A stretch of 10,610 nucleotides of DNA, taken from the UHGV virus genome UHGV-0136196, one strand, 5' to 3'. Made by a program: the position numbers and the translations under genes. Below are positions 1 to 6,657 of this stretch, one piece after another; position 1 is the stretch's first letter; each line of letters opens with the position of its first letter. The notes under the pieces were generated by a model, which ran no database searches, had not been told where the DNA came from, and worked only from the letters and a program-made list of their open reading frames with translations. This DNA is from a virus.

Positions 1-99
1 ATCATTGAGAACGCCCATAGGAATATCATCAGAAACAACCTCTACTACAGGGAAAAGCTGCATTTGATGCAGGGATTCGCTATTGCTGTTAATCGACAT
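1..99 (-). CDS. Hypothetical protein, N-terminal 33 codons only (gene runs off the window start); sits downstream of cI where lambda has rexA
   Basis: Minus-strand ATG at 99..97, preceded by an AAGGA Shine-Dalgarno-like motif in an AT-rich leader. The reading frame is open to position 1 (MSINSNSESLHQMQLFPVVEVVSDDIPMGVLND...). It does not resemble lambda RexA as I recall it. Absent from the ORF track because it is truncated. Confidence 0.35.
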   Translation of the reverse strand, partial: MSINSNSESLHQMQLFPVVEVVSDDIPMGVLND

Positions 100-185
100 A
101 TCTTAATGATTTCCTTATTTTTATTGTAGGGATCTTCTTTTTTATTTCCTACATCTAGATGCGTATAAAGTCTCTTGCTGCGGAC

Positions 186-932
<747 letters not shown>

Positions 933-934
<2 letters not shown>

Positions 935-949
935 ACACCGTGCGTGTTG
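933..949. promoter_or_regulatory. Operator OR2
   Basis: TAACACCGTGCGTGTTG, a 17-bp site identical to lambda OR2 as I recall it, spaced 6 to 7 bp from OR3 and OR1. Confidence 0.85.
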
Positions 950-982
950 ACTATTTTACCTCTAGCGGTGATAATGATTGCC
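947..982 (+). promoter_or_regulatory. PR promoter (-35 TTGACT at 947..952, -10 GATAAT at 970..975, 17-bp spacer) driving cro
   Basis: Consensus-like sigma70 hexamers overlapping OR2 and OR1, followed by the strong Shine-Dalgarno AAGGAGG (989..995) and the cro ATG at 1000. Confidence 0.85.
957..973. promoter_or_regulatory. Operator OR1 (variant)
   Basis: TACCTCTAGCGGTGATA. Lambda OR1 as I recall it is TACCTCTGGCGGTGATA, so position 964 is A rather than G. Confidence 0.8.
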
Positions 983-999
983 TGTACTAAGGAGGTTGT

Positions 1000-1200
1000 A
1001 TGGAACAACGCATAACCCTGAAAGATTATGCAATACGCTTTGGGCAAACCAAGACGGCTAAAGATCTCGGCGTATATCAAAGCGCGATTAACAAGGCCAT
1101 TCATGCAGGCCGAAAGATTTTTTTAACTATAAACGCTGATGGAAGCGTTTATGCGGAAGAAATAAAGCCCTTCCCAAGTAACAAAAAAACAACTGCATAA
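1000..1200 (+). CDS. cro: Cro repressor
   Basis: The 66-aa translation ([66 protein letters not shown]) is essentially lambda Cro, with a strong RBS upstream. Confidence 0.96.
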   Translation: MEQRITLKDYAIRFGQTKTAKDLGVYQSAINKAIHAGRKIFLTINADGSVYAEEIKPFPSNKKTTA

Positions 1201-1207
1201 GTAACAC

Positions 1208-1253
1208 CGCTCTTTTCACAATGGACATTCGTCCTACGTCGCTGACAAAGCGA
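1208..1253 (+). promoter_or_regulatory. nutR-like N-utilisation site: boxA (CGCTCTTTT, 1208..1216) and a boxB hairpin (TCGCT-GACAA-AGCGA, 1239..1253)
   Basis: A boxA consensus-like element sits immediately after the cro stop, followed about 22 nt later by a 5-bp stem with a 5-nt purine-rich loop. The loop/stem resembles the P22-type boxB (GCGCU GACAA AGCGC) rather than lambda boxB (GCCCU GAAAA AGGGC). Confidence 0.6.
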
Positions 1254-1338
1254 GCCCCAAGATATCTGACCAACTAAGGCCATATGCGTTTCCACGCATA
1301 CCTTTCAACTAACTATTCACTATTGGAAATATTAAGAA

Positions 1339-1635
1339 ATGACACAAACAAGTTACAGCAAACTATCCCAGCGCGACGTTGATCGCGCTGAAACTGATTT
1401 ACTCATCAACCTGTCAACGCTTACCCAGCGCGGTCTGGCAAAGATGATTGGCTGTCATGAATCGAAGATAAGCAGAACGGACTGGCGGTTTATTGCTTCG
1501 GTCCTGTGTGCTTTCGGAATGGCATCAGACATCAGTCCGATTAGCAGGGCTTTTAAGTATGCGCTTGATGGAATCACCAATAAAAAACGCCCGGCGGCAA
1601 CCGAGCGTTCTGATCAAATACAAATGGAATTTTAA
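1339..1635 (+). CDS. cII: CII-like transcriptional activator (lysogeny establishment)
   Basis: 98 aa. The C-terminal 20 residues (ITNKKRPAATERSDQIQMEF) match the lambda CII C-terminus almost exactly. The N-terminal two thirds, including the HTH-like region, are divergent. Position after cro and nutR is as expected. Confidence 0.8.
   Translation: MTQTSYSKLSQRDVDRAETDLLINLSTLTQRGLAKMIGCHESKISRTDWRFIASVLCAFGMASDISPISRAFKYALDGITNKKRPAATERSDQIQMEF
1348..1361 (-). promoter_or_regulatory. Candidate CII-binding -35 element of a PRE-like promoter (TTGC-N6-TTGT on the minus strand)
   Basis: The minus strand reads TTGCTGTAACTTGT inside the first codons of cII, the same position and orientation as the lambda PRE TTGC-N6-TTGC motif. 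One mismatch to the consensus repeat. Confidence 0.4.
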
Positions 1636-1657
1636 CAACATCCAACGAGGTAATTAT

Positions 1658-1801
1658 ATGCGAAAAACGCAGGAAAATAAACGCGTTAATCACCGAAAAG
1701 ATGTGCTACGTGACCAGTTTTATCAGGGGGTTAATCCAGCAATAGCTGTGCCACTGAGAGAAATACTTAACAGGTACAAAACTTTGGAGAAGTCAAAATG
1801 A
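1658..1801 (+). CDS. Hypothetical small basic protein (47 aa)
   Basis: ATG at 1658 with a GAGG RBS 8 nt upstream. The stop overlaps the downstream initiator gene start (ATGA at 1798..1801). The longer 1493 start in the ORF track would overlap cII out of frame and is not preferred. Confidence 0.3.
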   Translation: MRKTQENKRVNHRKDVLRDQFYQGVNPAIAVPLREILNRYKTLEKSK

Positions 1802-2595
1802 GCATGAATCTTATGGCTAAGGCCATGAATATAAAGGTTGGCAACCCACTGAGAAAACTGGTTCTGATTAAACTTGCCGATAACGCCAATGATAATGGCG
1901 AATGCTGGCCTTCATATCAACATGTCGCTGACCAGTGTGAGGTGAGCAGATCGACAGTAAAAAGTCACATTAGGGCACTGGAAGAGATGGGGCTTTTGAA
2001 AAGGGAATTCAGAAGAAAAGGAGAGCTTAACCAGTCAAACGTTTTTTATCTGACGCTGGATAATGCACAACAAATCCAACCAGAATCAGGTGGGGCAGGA
2101 GATGCCCGGGGTGGGGCAGGAGCTGCCCGGGGTGGGGCAGGAGCTGCCCTAGGGGGTGGGGCAGGAGCTGCCCCCAGAACCTATCACTCTTTTGAACCAG
2201 TCAATGAACCTAAAAACATTATGTTCGAACATGTCCGAACGGAGTGGGAAAAAACTCCTGACCGTCACGAAGAAACCGACAAGGCATTCGAGGAAATATT
2301 CTGGTGTGCAGGCATGCGGAAAGCCGGGAAGAAAAACGCAGCTTCAGCATTCAGAACACAGTTCAGGGAATGGCGTAAAACTACCAGGGGTACGGCAAGC
2401 GAGTTTGCCACGATGCTGGCAGAAGACATCGCATGCAGGAATGGTAAGCAGTTCGGATTCGACAGGTTGTTACCATCGAGCTACCTGAACGGTCAACGCT
2501 GGAACGACGAGAAGCCAGAAACTATTCAACCACAATCCAAACCATCATCCGCAATCACCGTATCGAAAACTGGCTACGTGTTTTTCGACAGGTGA
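1798..2595 (+). CDS. Replication initiator protein (lambda O-like function; N-terminal helix-turn-helix DNA-binding domain, Gly/Ala-rich linker encoded by iterons)
   Basis: 265 aa with a GGAG RBS upstream. The N-terminal region has an HTH-like segment (SYQHVADQCEVSRSTVKSHIRALEEMGLLKRE). The gene contains a direct-repeat iteron array, as lambda O does, and sits at the O position between cII and the helicase gene. The sequence is not lambda O. Confidence 0.75.
   Translation: MSMNLMAKAMNIKVGNPLRKLVLIKLADNANDNGECWPSYQHVADQCEVSRSTVKSHIRALEEMGLLKREFRRKGELNQSNVFYLTLDNAQQIQPESGGAGDARGGAGAARGGAGAALGGGAGAAPRTYHSFEPVNEPKNIMFEHVRTEWEKTPDRHEETDKAFEEIFWCAGMRKAGKKNAASAFRTQFREWRKTTRGTASEFATMLAEDIACRNGKQFGFDRLLPSSYLNGQRWNDEKPETIQPQSKPSSAITVSKTGYVFFDR
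2089..2175. repeat. Four tandem ~21-bp iterons (GGTGGGGCAGGAGCTGCCCGG-like), putative replication origin embedded in the initiator gene
   Basis: Direct repeats start at 2089, 2110, 2131 and 2155. Each contains an internal inverted repeat (GGGCAG..CTGCCC). A moderately AT-rich stretch follows (2176..2230). This mirrors the lambda ori arrangement inside O. Confidence 0.7.
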
Positions 2596-2598
2596 ACC

Positions 2599-2706
2599 AT
2601 GAAATCCAGAATCAAATCGTTACTTATCGCTGGCTATAACCATGGCTGGCTTAGTTCTGCATTCGTTGAGTTCTGGTTTAACCGTCTCGATCTGAGGTCA
2701 GCGTAA
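2599..2706 (+). CDS. Hypothetical small ORF (35 aa) between the initiator and primase-helicase genes
   Basis: ATG at 2599 with an AGGTGA RBS 5 nt upstream. The stop overlaps the primase-helicase start (TAATG). No recognisable similarity; could be a coupling ORF or spurious. Confidence 0.25.
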   Translation: MKSRIKSLLIAGYNHGWLSSAFVEFWFNRLDLRSA

Positions 2707-4586
2707 TGACTCCAAGTGAACTGAGCGACCTGCTTTGGGCGCAGGTTGACAGGGTGGCTCCGCACCTGTTGCCAAACGGCAAGAAAGAGGGGCATGAGTG
2801 GGTTGCCGGTAATGTCAACGGTGACAAGGGAAACAGCCTTAAGGTCAACCTTAGCGGCAAGAAAAAATGGGCTGATTTCGCCGAGGGAGACGGCGGTGAC
2901 ATGCTTGATTTGTGGATGGCATGTCGTGGAATTAACCTGCATCAGGCTATGCAGGAAGCGAAAGCATTTCTCGGTATCAAGGATGACGATCACCATTTCG
3001 ATGCCAGACGTGAGAAGAAATTCTCCAGACCTGATCGCAAGAAAATCGCCCGCTACGTTACCAGAACAGAATCCCATCTTGAGTACCTGCAATCGCGTGG
3101 CATATCGCCAGAAATCGTAAAGCGCTACGAGGTTGTCAGCGGCAAGGTGTGGAATGGAGAGCGGGAACTGGATGCTCTGGTGATTCCGTACAAACGCGAT
3201 GGTGAGTTGTTGCAGGTCAAGCGAATCAGCACTGAGCGCCCGGACGGGAAGAAAGTCATTATGGCAGAAGGTGATTGCGAACCTTGTCTGTTCGGATGGC
3301 AGGCTCTGGACGCTGGCGTGAGGGCGGTTGTACTTTGCGAAGGCGAAATTGATTGTATGAGCTATGCGCAATACGGCATCTCGGCGTTATCCGTACCGTT
3401 TGGTGGAGGGAAAGGCGCTAAGCAACAGTGGATTGAGTTTGAGTATCACAACCTCGACAGGTTTGAGGAAATATTCATCTCGATGGACGTTGATGATGTT
3501 GGTCGTGAAGCCGCAAGGGAAATCGCAAGCCGACTCGGTGAACATCGTTGCCGTCTTGTTACTCTGCCGTACAAAGACATCAACGAATGCCTGATGAACG
3601 GTGTTACCGAGGATGCAATCTGGCAGTACATCGGCACGGCATCCTACTTTGATCCTGAAGAACTCTACAGCGCGCGAGAGTTTTACCAGGACACTATCAA
3701 CGCTTTCTACGGCAAGCAGCAGTATCTGTTTAATCCACCGTGGGAATCTCTGGCAGATAAATTCCAGTTCCGTGAGGCCGAGTTGACGCTGGTCAATGGT
3801 GTGAACGGTCACGGAAAAACGGAGGTTGTCGGGCATATGGCACTTGAGGCAATGCGTCAGGGTGTGAAGACGTGCATCGCGTCACTTGAGCTGAAGCCTG
3901 GTATTCTCCTTAAGCGCCTTACCCGTCAGGCAACGTGCTGCAAGATGCCGCCAGTGCTGGAAATTGACTCTGCATTTAAATTTTATGACGAAAGACTTTG
4001 GGTGTTTGGCCTGACCGGAACGGCGAAAGCCGACAGGCTGATCGAAATATTCGACTACGCTCGCCGCCGATACGGGATCCAGTTATTCATCATCGACAGC
4101 CTGATGAAATGTGGCATAGGCGACGATGACTATAACGGGCAGAAAGCGTTTGTTGACTCGATATGTGACTTCAAAAATAAAACAAACTCCCACGTCATTC
4201 TCGTTACTCACTCGCGAAAAGGAGACAGCGAAGAAAAACCAACCGGGAAAATGGACGTAAAAGGCTCTGGAGCGATAACAGACCTGACAGACAACCTTTT
4301 CATCATCTGGCGTAACAAGGCTCGCGAGAGAGCGTTACAGAGAGTTCAGAGTGGTGAAAAGATGTCAGAGAAGGACGAACAGCTACTGGCATCTCCGGCA
4401 TCTGTTTTGATGCTTGAAAAACAACGTAACGGCGAAGGTTGGGAAGGTGGTGTCCCGTTGTTCCTTGACGAGCAATCGCACCAGTTCCTGCAACTTGAAT
4501 CAGGATCGCCATATAGCTACATCGCCAATATGCCGAAATCGGAATATGACGAGGCGTGGCGACAGGAAAACGTGACGGAGTATTAA
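2706..4586 (+). CDS. Bifunctional DNA primase-helicase (TOPRIM-type primase domain fused to a DnaB/RecA-like P-loop helicase domain)
   Basis: 626 aa with a GAGG RBS upstream. TOPRIM-like motifs are present (conserved Glu in VVLCEGEIDCMS; DxD in ISMDVDDVGREAA). Walker A is GVNGHGKTEV and Walker B-like is LFIIDSLMK. It occupies the position of lambda P. Confidence 0.85.
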   Translation: MTPSELSDLLWAQVDRVAPHLLPNGKKEGHEWVAGNVNGDKGNSLKVNLSGKKKWADFAEGDGGDMLDLWMACRGINLHQAMQEAKAFLGIKDDDHHFDARREKKFSRPDRKKIARYVTRTESHLEYLQSRGISPEIVKRYEVVSGKVWNGERELDALVIPYKRDGELLQVKRISTERPDGKKVIMAEGDCEPCLFGWQALDAGVRAVVLCEGEIDCMSYAQYGISALSVPFGGGKGAKQQWIEFEYHNLDRFEEIFISMDVDDVGREAAREIASRLGEHRCRLVTLPYKDINECLMNGVTEDAIWQYIGTASYFDPEELYSAREFYQDTINAFYGKQQYLFNPPWESLADKFQFREAELTLVNGVNGHGKTEVVGHMALEAMRQGVKTCIASLELKPGILLKRLTRQATCCKMPPVLEIDSAFKFYDERLWVFGLTGTAKADRLIEIFDYARRRYGIQLFIIDSLMKCGIGDDDYNGQKAFVDSICDFKNKTNSHVILVTHSRKGDSEEKPTGKMDVKGSGAITDLTDNLFIIWRNKARERALQRVQSGEKMSEKDEQLLASPASVLMLEKQRNGEGWEGGVPLFLDEQSHQFLQLESGSPYSYIANMPKSEYDEAWRQENVTEY

Positions 4587-4691
4587 ATGACCATCTACAT
4601 CACTGAGCTAATAGCAGGGTTATCGTTACTAATGGTTCTTACTGTATATATTATTAAGTATATTCTTTATGCGAATAAAAAAACCAATTGA
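4587..4691 (+). CDS. Hypothetical small hydrophobic peptide (34 aa)
   Basis: The ATG overlaps the primase-helicase stop (TAAATG). The translation MTIYITELIAGLSLLMVLTVYIIKYILYANKKTN looks like a single transmembrane helix. Lies in AT-rich DNA, and its 3' end overlaps the HNH gene start. Confidence 0.2.
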   Translation: MTIYITELIAGLSLLMVLTVYIIKYILYANKKTN

Positions 4692-5280
4692 TCACGATGA
4701 GCTTCTGTCAACATTATCATATGACTCAGAAACAGGAATATTTAAATGGCTAAAAACAAATTCAGTAGTAAGAGTAAAAGGTAGTATTGCTGGAGGTGTT
4801 AGTGGTGGTTATATATGCATTAGCATAAATAATGTTTTGTATTATGCGCATAGGCTTGCTTGGTTCTATGTATACAAAAAATGGCCTCCTAAGTTTATTG
4901 ATCATGTAAATGGGAACAGACTTGACAATAGGATTTCAAATCTAAGACTGGCAACAGAGGAGCAGAATGCAAGAAACATTGTAGGTAATAGGTTAAACAC
5001 ATCCGGTGCGATTGGAGTGTCTTGGGATAAGACAACTGGCAGGTGGAAGTCTTATGTTGGTTATAAAAATAAGACAATATCGTTAGGGTATTTCGATAGC
5101 AAAGAAGATGCAGCATTCATAGCAGCACTAGCAAGAAAGAAACTATATGGAACTTATGCGAGTAAAGCACTTAATTGCGAGCATGAGCTTTTATCTCAAT
5201 TTAATAATGATGAGGATAAACTTGCGGAATATCTTAAGGAAAAATCTAAAAGGACTCGAAAGCGTGTTAAAAAAAGATAA
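4669..5280 (+). CDS. HNH family endonuclease with AP2-like DNA-binding domain (homing-endonuclease-like)
   Basis: 203 aa. HNH motif region (IDHVNGNRLDNRISNLRLATEEQN), an AP2-like segment (GVSWDKTTGRWKSYVGYKNKTISLGYFDSKEDAA), and a basic C-terminal tail. The gene is markedly AT-rich compared with its neighbours. Confidence 0.8.
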   Translation: MRIKKPIDHDELLSTLSYDSETGIFKWLKTNSVVRVKGSIAGGVSGGYICISINNVLYYAHRLAWFYVYKKWPPKFIDHVNGNRLDNRISNLRLATEEQNARNIVGNRLNTSGAIGVSWDKTTGRWKSYVGYKNKTISLGYFDSKEDAAFIAALARKKLYGTYASKALNCEHELLSQFNNDEDKLAEYLKEKSKRTRKRVKKR

Positions 5281-5313
5281 AGGCCTGCTGGTAATCGCAG
5301 GCCTTTTTATTTG
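5281..5313 (+). terminator. Intrinsic terminator (tR2-like)
   Basis: Perfect 8-bp stem AGGCCTGC / GCAGGCCT with an 8-nt loop, followed by TTTTTATTT. The sequence matches the lambda tR2 hairpin as I recall it. It sits immediately after the HNH stop codon. Confidence 0.85.
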
Positions 5314-5327
5314 GGGGAGAGTAAATC

Positions 5328-5534
5328 GTGGTTGAGTTGATTTTCTCTGCATTGAGGCTTCTCGGTGCTCTGTGGATGGTGGCGACGTTCATTGTGGTTG
5401 CTGGCTGTTTTGTCCGGTTGGTAGGCGAAGGTAAAGACCTGGTGGGTGTGCTTTTCGGTAGCATTTTCCTGTGGGTGATTATCGGTGTTATGCCTGTCGC
5501 TGTAGCAAAAATGGCGTGGCGTTTTGTGAGTTGA
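5328..5534 (+). CDS. Hypothetical small membrane protein (68 aa, two predicted transmembrane helices)
   Basis: GTG start at 5328 with a GGGGAGAG RBS 6 nt upstream (this RBS resembles the lambda ninB RBS). The translation is strongly hydrophobic (LLGALWMVATFIVVAGCFVRLV ... VLFGSIFLWVIIGVMPVAVA). Confidence 0.5.
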   Translation: MVELIFSALRLLGALWMVATFIVVAGCFVRLVGEGKDLVGVLFGSIFLWVIIGVMPVAVAKMAWRFVS

Positions 5535-5551
5535 ACTGAGGGTAAGTACCG

Positions 5552-5872
5552 ATGGACGAATCAAGAAAGCAGTTTGAAGAAAGCTGGTTGCGACGTGGGG
5601 GCGAATCTTCAGACCTTATCCGTTACCCTGAAAATCACCATGAAATTGGCAGCGGTAATATTGGTGGTCAATACGTGATGGACGATGTTCAAGGCCACTG
5701 GCAAACGTGGCAGGCATCGCGAGCAGCTATTGAAATAACCGCGCCAAAGTTTATCGACAGCAGAGAAGCCTTAGCCAAAGGGTTTACTGTTGATTATTCC
5801 AATGGCTTCGGTGATGCAATGGATGCTTATGAGGAAAACATCCGCGCTGCTGGAATCAAAGTGAAGGAGTGA
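5552..5872 (+). CDS. Hypothetical protein (106 aa, acidic, soluble)
   Basis: ATG at 5552 with a GAGG RBS about 10 nt upstream. Codon usage matches its neighbours. No motif I can assign. The stop overlaps the next ORF. Confidence 0.55.
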   Translation: MDESRKQFEESWLRRGGESSDLIRYPENHHEIGSGNIGGQYVMDDVQGHWQTWQASRAAIEITAPKFIDSREALAKGFTVDYSNGFGDAMDAYEENIRAAGIKVKE

Positions 5873-5874
5873 GC

Positions 5875-6060
5875 ATGAGTCGACGAAGTAGCTTTTTGGG
5901 GTTTGTAATATTCCTGTCCTGCACTGGTTACATCGTAATCTGGTCAATTTCGAACATTGACCGTGGCGGGGAATATCTCATTGTAATGTTCTTTCCTTTG
6001 TTTCTTGGGTGGTACGCCGCAAGGTTGCTGGAAGAATGGGGTTACAGGCATAAAAAATAA
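5875..6060 (+). CDS. Hypothetical small membrane protein (61 aa)
   Basis: ATG at 5875 with an AAGGAG RBS 5 nt upstream (the ORF track starts at an in-frame GTG at 5869). Hydrophobic segments (FLGFVIFLSCTGYIVIW and LIVMFFPLFLGWYAA) are followed by a basic C-terminus. Confidence 0.5.
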   Translation: MSRRSSFLGFVIFLSCTGYIVIWSISNIDRGGEYLIVMFFPLFLGWYAARLLEEWGYRHKK

Positions 6061-6071
6061 AGGAGTATTCA

Positions 6072-6482
6072 GTGAAGCAAACAATCTTCCTCCGAACTAA
6101 GCAACAACAGCAAGCCGCAATAAATGCCATCCTCGCAACACCACTCGATAAAGACAAGCCAGTCACCATCCGCATTACTGACTACAAGCGAAATCTTGAC
6201 CAGAACGCAAAATTTCACGCGATGGTCGCAGATATCGCCAGGCAAGTTCAGTGGCGCGATAAATGGTTAAAACCAGAACAATGGAAGGTTTTGTTGATCA
6301 GCGGTCATGCAGTGGCAACAAAGCAGGAAGCTGATGTTTTGCCCGGGCTTGAAGGCGAATACGTCAACATCCGCGAAAGCAGCGCGCAGATGAGTGTAAA
6401 GCGTATGGCAAGTCTTATCGAGTACACAACAGCCTGGGCTATTGGTCATGGTGTCAGATTTACCGACAGGAGGTACGAATGA
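6072..6482 (+). CDS. ninB: NinB (Orf family recombination mediator)
   Basis: 136 aa. GTG start with a TAAAGGAG RBS. Conserved NinB/Orf motifs relative to lambda NinB are visible (RNLDQN, QVQW..KWL, EQWK), but overall it is divergent from the lambda allele. Confidence 0.75.
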   Translation: MKQTIFLRTKQQQQAAINAILATPLDKDKPVTIRITDYKRNLDQNAKFHAMVADIARQVQWRDKWLKPEQWKVLLISGHAVATKQEADVLPGLEGEYVNIRESSAQMSVKRMASLIEYTTAWAIGHGVRFTDRRYE

Positions 6483-6655
6483 GACGACAGCGACGAAGTA
6501 TCACCGACATCATCTGCGAAAACTGCAAATACCTTCCAACGAAACGCTCCAGAAATAAACGCAAGCCAATCCCAAAAGAATCTGACGTAAAAACCTTCAA
6601 CTACACGGCTCACCTGTGGGATATCCGGTGGCTAAGACATCGTGCGAGGAAATGA
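6479..6655 (+). CDS. ninD: NinD
   Basis: 58 aa ([58 protein letters not shown]), matching lambda NinD as I recall it. The ATG overlaps the ninB stop (ATGA). Below the length cut-off of the ORF track. Confidence 0.7.
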   Translation: MRRQRRSITDIICENCKYLPTKRSRNKRKPIPKESDVKTFNYTAHLWDIRWLRHRARK

Positions 6656-6657
6656 CA

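Noticed and set aside
1493-1801. Long version (102 aa) of the ORF between cII and the initiator
   Set aside because: Its first 48 codons overlap cII in another frame. An internal ATG at 1658 with a proper RBS gives a non-overlapping 47-aa ORF, which is the only version retained, at low confidence.
2089-2175. Tandem ~21-bp direct repeats that could be mistaken for a CRISPR array
   Set aside because: The repeats are contiguous with no unique spacers, number only four, and lie in-frame inside a protein-coding gene. They fit origin iterons, not CRISPR.
2156-2488. Plus-strand ORF of 110 aa in an alternative frame inside the initiator gene
   Set aside because: Overlaps the initiator coding frame, begins inside the iteron array, and has no RBS. 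Likely spurious.
2634-3836. Minus-strand ORFs 2634..3371 (245 aa), 3387..3836 (149 aa) and 3446..3637, and plus-strand alternative-frame ORFs 2746..3120 and 3364..3594
   Set aside because: All lie entirely within the primase-helicase gene, which has clear catalytic motifs in its own frame. They lack an RBS and have low-complexity composition, so they are antisense or alternate-frame shadow ORFs.
4895-5564. Minus-strand ORFs 4895..5116, 5267..5464 and 5307..5564
   Set aside because: They are antisense to the HNH gene and to the small membrane protein gene and span the tR2-like terminator. No RBS, and their composition reflects the complement of the coding strand.
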